From Eledone cirrhosa (Eukaryota), in contig OZ024746.1 of the NCBI GenBank assembly GCA_964016885.1, forward strand, positions 93,124,001 through 93,188,000: a stretch of DNA of 64,000 nucleotides. The letters run 5' to 3'. Shown in pieces: positions 1-12,100 of the stretch. Each line of letters begins with the position of its first letter. The first letter of the stretch is position 1. Under the pieces are notes generated by a model, which was given only the letters and a program-made list of their open reading frames with translations, did no database searches and was not told the DNA's origin. The position numbers and the translations under genes were made by a program.

Positions 1-260
1 TTCTCTAATGAATTGCTGCTCCACTCGGGGTTGGATTTAATGAGGGGCAAAGGGGGCAATTGCCCTGGACACCCTGCAGTGGGGGACCCATATGTGATGG
101 CCATAGCAATTTTTGTGCCCCTCAGAAACACAAACCCTCCATCTCAATTTTACGTTTGAAAATCATAAGAACTGTGAAAACGGTAAATAAATAAATATTC
201 TTAAGACTCCAGTTGCATTTTAAATTTCTTTTCCTTATATATAGATATATATATATATAT

Positions 261-884
261 GATCCCACTACATCTTTTATGCAAAGTATGGGTGCATAAA
301 AGATGTAGTGGGATCACAGGTAAGCTAACTAAGAATATAGATTTTATATGTGGCCGGTACTCTGGTGCAATAAGTAGCAGAAAATGCCCACAGAATACTA
401 GCTCATTCCATTGCCCAGATGGTTCTATAGAAATAGTGGACACCTTCCGTTGGGTGACAAAATCAGCAGTGGTGGAGGGTGCTCCGAAAGTACTGTAGTT
501 AGTCCGAACGGGATGAAAAAGTTCAGAGCTTATACCACTATTGGCCGCTAAAGGGTTCTCTCTAAAAATGAAAAGCAGGCTGTATGATGCCTGCATACGA
601 ACAGCGATGTTACATGGCAGTGAGACATGGGCCTTGTGTGCAGAGGATCTACGCAGACTGGAGAGGAACGAAGCTTGCATGCTGTAATGTGGCCATGTAG
701 GGAACACGGTAAAAACCTCCCAGTCCACATTGTAAACGTGGTTGGTGTTAGGAAGGGCATCCAGCCATAGAAAACCTGCCAGACAGTCCTATACGAGCGA
801 GACGACCAATCTTGCCTCAAGTGGGACAATTCTCGTCTAAACCCATGTTAGCGTGGAAGATAGACGTTAAATGATGATGATGAT
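261..884 (+). mobile_element. Truncated, internally deleted RTE copy of the same family
   Basis: CKVWVHKRCSGITGKLTKNIDF..CGR nearly identical to the 46.6-48.5 kb ORF; frameshifted; jumps to the 3'UTR at about 683; (ATG)n tail; flanked by (TA)n. Confidence 0.92.
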
Positions 885-1214
885 ATGTATATATGTGTAT
901 ATATATATATATATAATGTGTGTGTGTGTGTGTATATATATATAAATGTAAGTATGCACGCACGCACGTGTATGTGTAGATTATATCGATCATTAATAAT
1001 AATGTTCGATTCGTTTGTAAACAAACGGCCCGATTTGAAGCTGTGCTGTGACTGATTGTCACCTGTTGTTCATAACCCGTATGTATATATGTGTGTGTAT
1101 GTATATATATATGTGTTTGTGTGCGTATATATATATATATGTGTGTGTACATGTACATACTTACATTTATGTATCAGCTGTGCTAGGGCGAGAAATAAAA
1201 TTCTAATTTTATAT

Positions 1215-1246
<32 letters not shown>

Positions 1247-1434
1247 TAGAGAAAGAGTGAGAGTCCCAGGTTCAATCGTGGGTAAACACAGTAAGTAAGG
1301 TACTCAATACATTAGTAGAGTGTAAACATCAAATTTAATATACTTATATACAGTTGTTGCTATATTTGTATGTTGTGGTCATAACATACAAATATAGCAA
1401 CAGCTGTATAATATATATATGTATATTAAATTTA

Positions 1435-1551
1435 ATTGCTGAAGCTCACAGAGGAGATGACGAGGGACCGTGATGAATGGAGAGATCTACTGTGCTGAAG
1501 AGGACCTGTCCCACCCTTGCAAGCAGGGAAAGTGGACGTAAAATGAGGATG

Positions 1552-1582
<31 letters not shown>

Positions 1583-2252
1583 GTAAGGATTTTCTGTAGG
1601 TCACTTCTAATTTACTTAGTCGATAATGTAATATAAGTTAATATTTTCTGATTTACTGAATGAAGCTTTAAAGGCTCACAGACAAAGAATGGTCTCTGAG
1701 GAGTTACTCCAAATAGGACTAAAATCTGTTTTAGTCGATCTATTTATTCCTGTTAATGACAACATGCAGAATCACCAGAATCTATAATTATTCAATTGAC
1801 ATGACTGCCAGCAAAGTTTACTTATGCTAATCAGATTTTGCAGTTTAGGAAATCTCTTAATTATTGTGGCTATACATATATATAAATATATATATATACA
1901 GACTGTAAAGTGGTCATTTTGGTGCCATAACAAAAAGTGCCTAGGCCACACTGTAGTCACGTTTGTGACAATGAAAAACACCCAGTCCACATTGTAAAGT
2001 GGTCATGTCTTTGTCATGACAAAAGTGCCCAGCCCATACAGTAAAGTCGTTGTGTAGGTGTCACAAAAAAAAATCACCCTATACACACTCTGAATGTGGT
2101 TGGCAATAGGAAGGGCATCCAGCTGTAGAAGCCAAGCCAAAATCAGTTCTGTATGATCAAGACACGGTTATCTGATCTGGCTTGTTTCACAATGGCACAA
2201 CTTGTGTAATCCATGCTGTGGAAAAATGGACGTTAAATGGTGATGAGGATGA
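1435..2252 (+). mobile_element. Degraded RTE 3'-end fragments (about 1435-1553 and 1900-2252)
   Basis: ggaagggcatccagctgtaga motif and ...ggacgt(t/a)aaatgatga tails shared with the RTE 3'UTR. Confidence 0.65.
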
Positions 2253-2392
2253 TACGCACTCACTCGCACACTCTCTGCTTGAGGACAAAAGCAGGCAATC
2301 CCTGAGGAGTTGTCATAAACAGAGCAAAAACAAGCCAGGTTCCCCCCCCCCATTTCCTGCCCACAAAGATTATAAAAGACATTTGTCTAGTG

Positions 2393-2732
2393 CAGCTGTT
2401 CTCAAAGTGGGTGCTACCCACCGGGGATGGGCATTGGGAAGGTGCAGTGGTCGCTGGAGCCTAAGGGGTTGGTGGTGAGAGGTAGTATATTAAATATCAA
2501 ATGATATATAGTATATATAAATATAGTAAAATAAAAAATATATAATATTTATTTATACATAGTATATATATTATTTATTATATATAAATTAGTGATTTTA
2601 TTTATTATATATTATTTACAATTGTGGTAAATAATATAGGTAGGCAGGTCTCTCTGCAAACGGGGTTGAGGGCACTGAGGGTATTACTTAGCCGTGAGGT
2701 GGGCGGTGGCCCAAAGAGTTTGAGAACCTCTG
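2393..2732. mobile_element. hAT (Charlie-like) MITE
   Basis: TIR cagctgttctcaaa / tttgagaacctctg; exact 8-bp TSD gtctagtg (2385-2392 and 2733-2740). Confidence 0.88.
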
Positions 2733-3639
2733 GTCTAGTGTATTTGATTAAACAACAGCAGCTGAAACTTCTACATGGATTACAGTCTATCTTACATTAT
2801 AATTGAATGTCGGGTTTTAGATTTATAAGCAACAACATTTAAGATATGAAGTCTGTCTAGACTTTACAGAGAGAACATTATTAACAGCAGTACAGCTGAC
2901 CCTGATGTCAGCCACCTCAATACAATATAGACTAGGCATGTTTTAAATATATTGCTATCGTATTACCCTATTTTCCTCATCTGACAGGTAAACTAAAACG
3001 AGATACGGATACTTGTTCTATAAAAGAATAAAATAAAATAAATGAATTTTAAAAATTAAAATAAAATAAAAGAAATTAAGAAAAAGAGATATTTGCTCTT
3101 TAAGACTAATCGCATACATTTACATCCCACATATACTTCAGCAGAGCTCATATTCCACAAGTTATTTTAAAACAAGTATTTCATCTAACACGAAGACCAA
3201 TGACCTCACTAATCTAATACACAAATATACAATCAGAGAGAGAGAGAGAGAGCTTCTACATGAGTCAGGGAGAGCTTCTACATGAGAGAGAGAGAGAGCA
3301 AGAGACACTTCTCAATCTGCTTGAAATAGCAACCAAATTATCTGAAACCACACCCTATTATCTAAGTAAACTAAGAATTTATAGATATTTATACGAGGGT
3401 CTGCAGAAAATTTCAATAGGCTGACTATGAAGGAGTAATGCTAGAGCTGTGAAATCTTGCACACTTTTATTTCAAATCTTCTTATTAATAACTGCCTTGT
3501 TTCTTTCTTGGGACTGTCAAAAAATAAACCTCATTTGGTCATTCCATGAGGGAATCTTGGTTAGCCTATGAACTTTTCAGTCAACTATTGTAAATTATAA
3601 TTACATGAATGTACAACCTTTGCTAGCAAGGATCAGGCA

Positions 3640-3845
3640 TTAACCCTTTAGCATTTAAACTGGCCATATCCGGCCAAAATTCTTTCACCCCCATCTGTTC
3701 AAACTGGCTGTAACCGGCTGCTCATGTTAAGGTATTGTTCTCAAAATAACATCAAAATCTCGTAGATTTGATATTATGTCAGATAAAGTGTTTACTGTAA
3801 AAATATAATAGTAAATATAGAGTAATGTAAATGCTAAAGGGTTAA
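3640..3845. mobile_element. TTAA-flanked piggyBac-like MITE family 1 (about 200-215 bp); copies at about 4982, 7465, 8835, 12329, 16895, 25847, 26076, 27395, 30100, 37905, 42326, 43645, 44064, 58218, 59318 and 62304
   Basis: TIR ttaa|ccctttagcattta ... taaatgctaaaggg|ttaa with a conserved interior (ctgttcaaactggc, gtattgttctcaaaata, gagtaatg). Confidence 0.88.
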
Positions 3846-4628
3846 ATGATGTTGATGTCATCCTCATCTCATCATTTAATATTTTCCTTGTTAGTAAGGG
3901 TTAGACAAGTTTTCAATGACCGATTTGGTATTCAGACAGGATTATTGATCCACATTCTACTGAGTGCATTTTATTATGACTCTAGCACTAGGGAGGTAGT
4001 TATGTCTTTGACACAGTGGAAGAGTCCTTTCAACTCTTTGTTTGGCAGGTTTTCTATAGCTGGGTGCCCTTCTATTATAAACCACTTTACAGAATGTACA
4101 CAGTACATTTATCATGCAGATCACCAACACTAATGAGGTTGCCTTATCTTTGACAGCCCTTTGTTTGACAAGCTTTTTTCAGTTAGATGCCCTTCATATC
4201 ACCAACCTGTTGTATATGTAGGAATAATGCTGTCCCCTTCTCTTCATATAGTAACATAAAGATAACCTCATTCTTCCCGTCTGCCTGAATCTGTAACTTT
4301 CTCTCCTTTCATCTGCCTACACAACGGAGAGAAATCAGCTGTATTAGACCATCATTGTGAGCTCCCAGTTTTACCTAAGGTCACTGGCTTCAATGTCATG
4401 GTAACAAGTTTTATTCCAAGCGACTGTAACTGTGAGTCTCAATATCAGGGGGAGACAAGGTTTCTCAGCTGTGCTGAAGGCAACCTGTCAAGGAAGCTGG
4501 GAATTACAAATAAACCCAACAGTATTCCTAAACAGTTCTCTCCTAACCACACACAGTTGACATAGACTCTGCAAGCTGCAGTGTTGGCAATCTGAGAAGG
4601 AGTGCACTAACTTTGAATTAACACATAA

Positions 4629-4965
4629 TGGAGGCACATGGCTAAGTGGTTAGAGCATTGGCCTTGCAATCGAAAGGTTGTGAGTTCAATTCTCAGACCG
4701 GGTGATGTGTTGTTTCCTTGAGCAAGACACTTTATTTCACATTGCTTCAGTTTACTCAGCTGTAGAAATGAGATGACAGGACTGGGGTCCCTATCATTCC
4801 ACTGCAAAGTGGTCGTGGAGGTGCCACGACAAAAGAGCTCCCAGCACTCACTGTAAATGAGGTTGGTGTTAGGAAAATCATCCAGCTGTAGAAATCAAGC
4901 CAGAATCAGTTTCCGTCCCACCCTTGCAAGCAGGGAAAAGCAGACGTAAAATGATGATGATGATG
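4629..4965 (+). mobile_element. tRNA-derived CORE-type SINE with RTE-derived tail
   Basis: A box tggctaagtgg, B box gttcaattc, CORE-like tgtttccttgagcaagacacttt...ctcagctgtagaaatg, RTE 3'UTR motif and (ATG)n tail. Confidence 0.85.
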
Positions 4966-5469
4966 GGATAGAGGGGATACTTTAATCCTTTAGCAATCAA
5001 ACCGGCTGCTCATACTTATGTTAAAGTAGTGTTCTCAAAATAACATCAAATTCTTGTAGATTTGATATTTTGTGAAATAAAGTGTTTACTGTGAAAATTC
5101 AATACTAAATATAGAGTAATGTAAATGCTAAAGGGTTAATCCTGCAGTTCCTGGACTGGGGTCCACAAAGTTAGTCCTTGGTGGTAAAGATCAGTGTTTT
5201 CAGGTAAAGAATTAGAGAAGAAATTCCAAACATGGGAGCAGAGTCTAAAAGCAAGGTCTTCAAATAAACTTAGCAAAGATAAAAATGCTGCAAGCATGGT
5301 AAAATATTTCTTTTTATTAGCCACAAGGGCCAACAAAAAGGGGACAAAACAACAGACAGGGGGGTGGGGGGCACTGAAATCAAGTAGAAAGAAATTAACA
5401 AACAAATAATAATAATGATATATTTTAAAATTACATATTTACATTTGAATAAAATGTTGGTATGGAAGA

Positions 5470-5930
5470 GAAACTTTGTCAGCTAAAGTTTACTATAAAT
5501 ATCGAGATCTTTGGCGCTATGCAGTAATACAGAAGTCCCGCCTTGCCCAAGTACAAAGCGAAACCTACAGTCAGTAGGCTCCTCTTAACCAAAAATACAC
5601 CCCCTACCCCACTACCCTTACTCCCACTCCCATCTACACCTAAAGTTATGTCGGTGCCACAACATCCAGTCCTAAATAAATGAGGTTGTGTAAGTGTCAT
5701 GACAAAAAATCACAGTCCACGCTGTAATGTGGCCGTGTAGGTAACACGGTAAAAACCTCCCAGTCCACACTGTAAATGTAGTTGGTGTTAGGAAGGGCAT
5801 CCAGCTGTAGAAAACCCGCCAGACAGTCCTATACGAGCAAGACAACCAATCTTGCGTCACGTGGGACAACTCCTGTCTAAACCCATGCTAGCGTGGAAGA
5901 TAGACGTTAAATGATGATGATGATGATGAT
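5470..5930 (+). mobile_element. RTE 3' end (ORF end, 3'UTR, tail)
   Basis: gatctttggcgctatgcagta (DLWRYAV) then 3'UTR homologous to the reverse complement of 46094-46620; (ATG)n tail. Confidence 0.85.
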
Positions 5931-6249
5931 TTTGAAAACAAAATTTGTTTATTATCCAAATAATTTAATGTTTTTCTTACTATATTTATAATGAAAGACA
6001 CAGCCAATGTGATTCAAATAATTTTGAAAATAATCAACAATTTGGAGGAATTTAATAAAGTAACTAACTCAAGTTGATGTTTAGAACATTAATTAACAAA
6101 AAAAATGTTCTTACATGAAATTATGATGGATGGTTTAAATATAAGTATGAACATTTGGTATGTAACTTAGTGGTAAGGGTGTCCAGCTCACGATTGTAGA
6201 GTCATGGGTTCGATTCCTAGCAGTGAATACATAAGATCAACAACTCTGT

Positions 6250-7445
6250 ACACATGCACACACTTACACATGCACACACTTACACATGCACACACTTACA
6301 CATGCACACACATACACACGCTTACACATACACACGCTTACACATACACACACTTACACATACACACGCTTACACATACACACACTTACACATACACAAG
6401 CTTACACATACACACGCTTACACATACACATGCTTACACATACACACACTTACACATACACAAGCTTACACATACACACACTTACACATACACATGCTTA
6501 CACATACACATGCTTACACATACACACACTTACACATACACAAGCTTACACATACACACGCTTACACATACACATGCTTACACATACACACACTTACACA
6601 TACACACACTTACACATACACATGCTTACACATACACACGCTTACACACACACACGCTTACACATACACACGCTTACACATACACACGCTTACACATACA
6701 CACGCTTACACATACACACGCTTACACATACACACGCTTACACATACACACGCTTACACATACACACGCTTACACATACACAAGCTTACACATACACACG
6801 CTTACACATACACACACTTACACATACACAAGCTTACACATACACAAGCTTACACATACACATGCTTACACATACACACACTTACACATACACAAGCTTA
6901 CACATACACAAGCTTACACATACACACGCTTACACATACACACGCTTACACATACACACGCTTACACATACACAAGCTTACACATACACAAGCTTACACA
7001 TACACACGCTTACACATACACATGCTTACACATACACATGCTTACACATACACACACATACACAAGCTTACACATACACACGCTTACACATACACAAGCT
7101 TACACATACACATGCTTACACATACACACGCTTACACATACACACGCTTACACATACACACGCTTACACATACACACGCTTACACATACACACGCTTACA
7201 CATACACACGCTTACACATACACACGCTTACACATACACACGCTTACACATACACACGCTTACACATACACACACTTACACATACACACACTTACACATA
7301 CACACACTTACACATACACACACTTACACATACACACACTTACATATACACACACTTACATATACACACACTTACATATACACACACTTACATATACACA
7401 CACTTACATATACACACACTTACATATACACACACTTACACATAC
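6250..7445. repeat. 16-bp minisatellite (cttacacatacacacg), about 74 copies
   Basis: Direct tandem array; explains the His/Thr/Tyr ORFs. Confidence 0.97.
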
Positions 7446-8194
7446 GCACACAAATACTTCAATATTAACCCTTTAGCATTTAAATCGGCCATATCCGCCC
7501 AGAATTCTCTTACCGCTTTCTGTTCAAACTGGCCATAACTTGCTACCCATACTGATGTTAAGGTATTGTTCTCAAAATCTCGTAGATTCGATGTTATGTG
7601 AGATAATTATGTGAAGTAAAGCCTTTACCATGAAAATATGATAGCATATAGAGAAATGTAAATGGTAAAGGGTTAAGAGGATAGGCAAAAATATAACTAT
7701 ACACTTCATTAACAAAATATTGAAAGTAGGACAGCTATTTGTATTGGATTTGACATTTCATGTATGTAATATGAAGTGTATGACAGAAAAAGGAACAGTC
7801 ATTAACAATTATATATAAATCTTCAAACATATAATGGTAGTTATATATAAATACATCAGTGAATAAGAATGTGATTTAATGAAACAGTGAAGGGCTTTAG
7901 ACTATAATTTCCAGTTAACTGTATGAATGACACTGTGGTGAAATGTAGGAATATGAAATTGCTATTGAGGGGTGGTTTTTTTTAATCTCAGTTAGCTCTG
8001 ATCAAGTAAATTCATAATGAAAGTGTTCCAGCCATGACTTTCCCATCTTAGGTCTATAGTAATTGCTATTTCTAGCAGATTAGCAGTGGCTCCCAAACTG
8101 AGGTACACAGTTTAGGAAACACCGTCTGTGAAAGAGCAAGGTTCTAGTTCAAAATGAGAAAAATACAAATTTAAATTCCTATTGAAGTTCATAT

Positions 8195-8495
8195 ATAGCT
8201 GTGGCAACCTGGTGCGTTTGACTACTAGCCTTGACTACCAGGCTCTGCTGCCCGTCGAGCTGAAGAGGGCAAACTGTCCAAGTATCAGCCACTCTCAGAT
8301 AGGTTTGTGGTAGAACTTGTAGCAGTTGAGATTTCTGGTGTTCTTAGACCCCAGATCACATCTCTACTCACTACTATCGGAATGGAGTTGGCTGCTTGCA
8401 GATGCGAGCACCACAAGGTAGAGTGGCTGTTCCAGTGCGTCTCGATTGCCATCCTCCAGGGCAATGTATTCTCCAGAAGCGGAGGATAAGTTAGT
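8195..8495 (+). mobile_element. CRE-like non-LTR retrotransposon 3' fragment (restriction-like endonuclease C-terminus)
   Basis: PGSAARRAEEGKLSKYQPLSDRF..VAVEISGVL..EWLFQCVSIAILQGN resembles the AAxxAExxKxxKY, PxAVETxG and FQRxSxAIQRGN motifs of CRE-clade elements. Confidence 0.75.
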
Positions 8496-9509
8496 TAGAA
8501 GCTGAGGATACTTGTTCGGCTGTCACTTTCTCTCTATTACTTTAAAATTCTATGACTCTCCCCACTACATTACTACATTAGTAAAGACACATAATTGCGA
8601 CTAGATTCACCTGAGTTGGCAGAGGACATCAATGATGCTATATGTAAATAGTTACCCACTGGAGATTCTTTGTTGATACAAAATTTGATCAATTCAAATA
8701 CTGATAAAGTGGGAAACAACTAAACTAAGAATGAAAATGTTATTTAAAAAAAAAACACACGTTTCTCATTGATAGCATTTCTCCATTTATTTACTAAAGA
8801 AGGAAGTACAAGTTTTGGTTGAGTTGGTAACTAAAGCGTTACCCTTCAGAATTTACTTTGCTCTATATTTACTATTGTATATTCACGGTAAACACTCTAT
8901 TTCACATAATTATCCCACATAATATCGAAGCTATGAGATTTTGATATTTATCTTGAGAACAATACCTCAACGTCATTGTGAGTGGCCAGTTACAGCCAGT
9001 TTGAACAGAAAGAGGTGAGAGAATTCAAGACGGATATGGCCGGTTTAAATGCTAAAGGGTTAAGTATTTATAAGAAAAGTTAATAAAACAAAACAAAACA
9101 ACATAGTAGAAAACTATAATACAATGATGATATATTAGTTTAGGCTTGATATAGTTGGAAAATAGTTGGACAGGGATTCATGATCCTTCAAACATCACTT
9201 TTTTCCCCTATAACATGGACATACAGTATCAGCAGCTATGAGGATTGGAAGAGACCAGACCATAATTGAAAGGGGTTCTTAACATTTTGGGTACCAATTC
9301 TTCAACAGAAGATAGATACATAGAGAGAGAGAGGCTGCTTGGGAGAGAAAAGAAAAAAAAGACAGACGAGTAGAAAAAAACGGAAAAGGATAGAGAGGAG
9401 AGAAAGCACATTGTTGTTAGTCAGCCATCCTGAAATTTTATAAGTCATAGTCATGTGATTTCTGGAGAAAGTATGTAACTGTGTTAACCTCAGTCTGCTT
9501 GATTGAGAA

Positions 9510-9795
9510 AACTAATTCTACTCTTACTAGAAATTGCTTTGCTGTTGAAGGGACCCCAGATTTTTAATAAGCTGCCAAAGAATCTGAGAGATCTACATGG
9601 TGTGAATGTAGATGTTTTCAAGAAATATCTCGACATTCTGCTAAACAAGATCTTGGATGAACCCACAGAACGAGAAGTGCAAATAAGGGATGTAGCAACA
9701 AACTCCTTTTTGCATCAATGGCTATAGAACATGTAGCATCAATGGCAGTGCCCCAGCATGGCCTCAGCCTGTTGGCTGGAACATATAATAGAGTA
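9510..9795 (+). mobile_element. CR1/L2-group LINE 3' fragment
   Basis: GPQIFNKLPKNLRDLHG..VDVFKKYLD..L..DEP..ATNS..HQ is a typical C-terminus. Its tail (gtgccccagcatggcc) recurs as short copies near 13825, 18715, 25125, 26410 and 27770. Confidence 0.7.
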
Positions 9796-9854
9796 ATAGA
9801 GAATAATGAATATAATGCGTTGGTGTATCTCCACTTGGACACACCTCTATCTTC

Positions 9855-10331
9855 ACCTAAACAAACAATAAAACATACTGTATGACGCCTGTGTGTGAAG
9901 TGCGATGCTGTATGGTAATGAAACATGGGCAGTGACTGTGGGAGACATGCATAGACTGAAAAGAAATGAAGCAAACATTCTTTATTGGATGTGCAACATA
10001 AGTGTGAGAGATAGGCAGAGCTTGGCTGATTTGAAGGAGAAGCTGGGTTTAAGAGGAAAGTGGTGTGCAGGAGAGAAGACTGCATCAGTTTGGACATATG
10101 ATGTGCATGGACAATGATCAATGGTGAAGAAGTGCCAGGAAATGTCAGTGGAAGGAAATCACAGTAGTAGACCATGAAAGATCTGGGCAAATGTTGTGAG
10201 AGCTGGCCTCAAATTAGTGAGACTCACAGAGGCAATGATAAAGGATTACGATGGGTGGAGAGATGCTGAGAAGGATCCGTCCAATCCATGCAAGTGTGGA
10301 GAAGTGGACATAAAAATGATGGTGATGATGA
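9855..10331 (+). mobile_element. Degraded RTE C-terminal fragment
   Basis: LYDACV..AMLYGNETW..RLKRNEA..WMCNISVR, ending in an atgatggtgatgatg tail. Confidence 0.85.
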
Positions 10332-10449
10332 ATGTATATAGTTTTTGAACAAGTTTTATCTCATTTTGTTACATTTGGGGAAGATCATGTTGTCCTAATA
10401 TTGCCAAAAGTAGTAAAACACACTCACTGTCTAGTACTGGGGCCGGCTC

Positions 10450-10632
10450 TTCCTCTATATCTCTTTCTCATTTCCTCTCTCTCACCTTCTATCCTTCTCT
10501 GGAAGAAATCTGCTGGACTCAGGCCTGGAGAGGGATGAGCTCCACCAGGCTTAAAATGCCCAAGAAACACCATATCTCAATACAGTGCCCCTACGGCTCT
10601 ATCAGGAGTTACGGGACCATGCATACATACAT
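10450..10632 (+). repeat. Unclassified dispersed retroelement 3' end with (CATA)n tail; second copy at 48992-49170
   Basis: ggaagaaatctgctg.actcaggcctggagagggat ... gagttacgggaccat.catacata shared by both copies. Confidence 0.7.
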
Positions 10633-11944
10633 TTTGTTTGGTGTGTGCTCATGTGTTTGTGTCTGAGTCTGCGTGTATTTATCTCATTTATTTTGTTTCC
10701 TTTTCTTTCAGCTGTTTTGAGTCCTATCTCCCTCCCTTACATTTATGCCTCTTACCCGATTTCTACTCTCTCCCTCCCTTCATCTCTCTCCTTCCTTTCT
10801 TGTTTACAAAGCATTGTTTGTAACAATTATATGATGCACTATATATACAATGGTAAATGGATTTTAAAAAAATATTTAAAATAATGGTTTCTGATTTAGG
10901 CACAAGTCCAGCAATTTTGGGGGAGGGGAAAGTCGATCAAATCGACCCCAGTGGGCCACTGGTTCTTTGTCATTGACCCTCTAAGGATGACAGGCAAAGC
11001 CAACCTTGGCAAGATTTTTACTCAGAACACAAACAGAATTCTGGCCGGATACAGCCAGTTTAAATGTTAGAGTTAATAGACTACATGAATAAAATATCCT
11101 AAAAAAATTCTATCTTTTACACCAACCAATGTACAAGATTAAAAGATCTACAGTTGTTTTCCCATTTTTGATGAAATAGTTAAAATAATATTAGTTGTGA
11201 ACTAATATACTTTTTTTTCCTCCCTGCAGATATTTAAAATTAGTTGTTCCATCTATTAGATATGTTAACACTAACTATTGTATATATGTTTATGCATTTT
11301 TAACCCTTTAGTTACTAACCTGACGAAAACTGCTCCTGATTTTATGAAACAGAACGATCCATATTCAAATTAAAACCTAACATTCTTTTATATAAGAACC
11401 ATTTAACCCTTTTGTTACCAATCCCGCCAAAACTGGCTCTGGTTCTATGAAATGAAGTCACCCATTTTAGAGGGTTTCTATTTAAATTAAATATTGCAAC
11501 ATAATTTTATATATGAACCATATGTTAAGTTACTATCTTAGTAATTAAATAATTAATAATTTTAATAAAACCTTCAAAATTCTTCATTAACTCCTTTGAT
11601 ACCAACCCAACCAAAACTAGCTTCAGTTCTTTGAAACAAAACCACTCAAGGTTTCCAATTTAAATAAAAATCTTCCAACATAATTTTATATAAGAACTTT
11701 ATAATAAGTTACTATTTTAGTATTGAAATAAAAATGTTAGTAAATCCCTCAAAATCCTTCATTAATTAATTAAAATAGTGTGTATATCATTAGAAATGTG
11801 GTAATGAAAGATTTAATGTTATGGATATGAAAATATCATTTTTTTTGTTTCAGATATGTTTGAAGTATGTACTACCTCATCCAGTTGTTCTAGCTGTTGT
11901 TGTTCTGCCAAGCACCATCAAGGAAATAGCTTCTTCTTACTACA

Positions 11945-12100
11945 ATGGATTCTATTTCTCTGTCATCATCAAGGATTTACTCACCTGTCTTTTCACCAAA
12001 CACAGAAATCTCTTGCAACAGTCGGAATTCCTCTTTACCGAGAGGAAACGTATATGGCGGTATCCCAGTGAATTTATTGCTCAATGTTATTGGCTGGCTG
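11945..12100 (+). CDS. TMEM63: TMEM63/CSC1-like channel, first coding exon (exon begins at 11854 with 5'UTR)
   Basis: Acceptor ttttgtttcag at 11853; in-frame TAG at 11927 upstream of a strong-context ATG (acaATGG); encodes MDSISL...NVYGGIPVNLLLNVIGWL (TM0 of TMEM63); donor gtgagt at 12101, phase 0. Confidence 0.9.

Noticed and set aside
4629-4702. tRNA gene
   Set aside because: A/B boxes are present, but the sequence is the head of a dispersed SINE that continues into CORE and LINE-tail sequence; no clean acceptor stem.
6204-7538. 400+ aa His/Thr/Tyr ORFs
   Set aside because: Translation of a 16-bp minisatellite that is open in all three + frames.
1-11853. TMEM63 promoter or first non-coding exon
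   Set aside because: No CpG island or convincing start-site and donor pair is recognisable; it probably lies upstream of the window.
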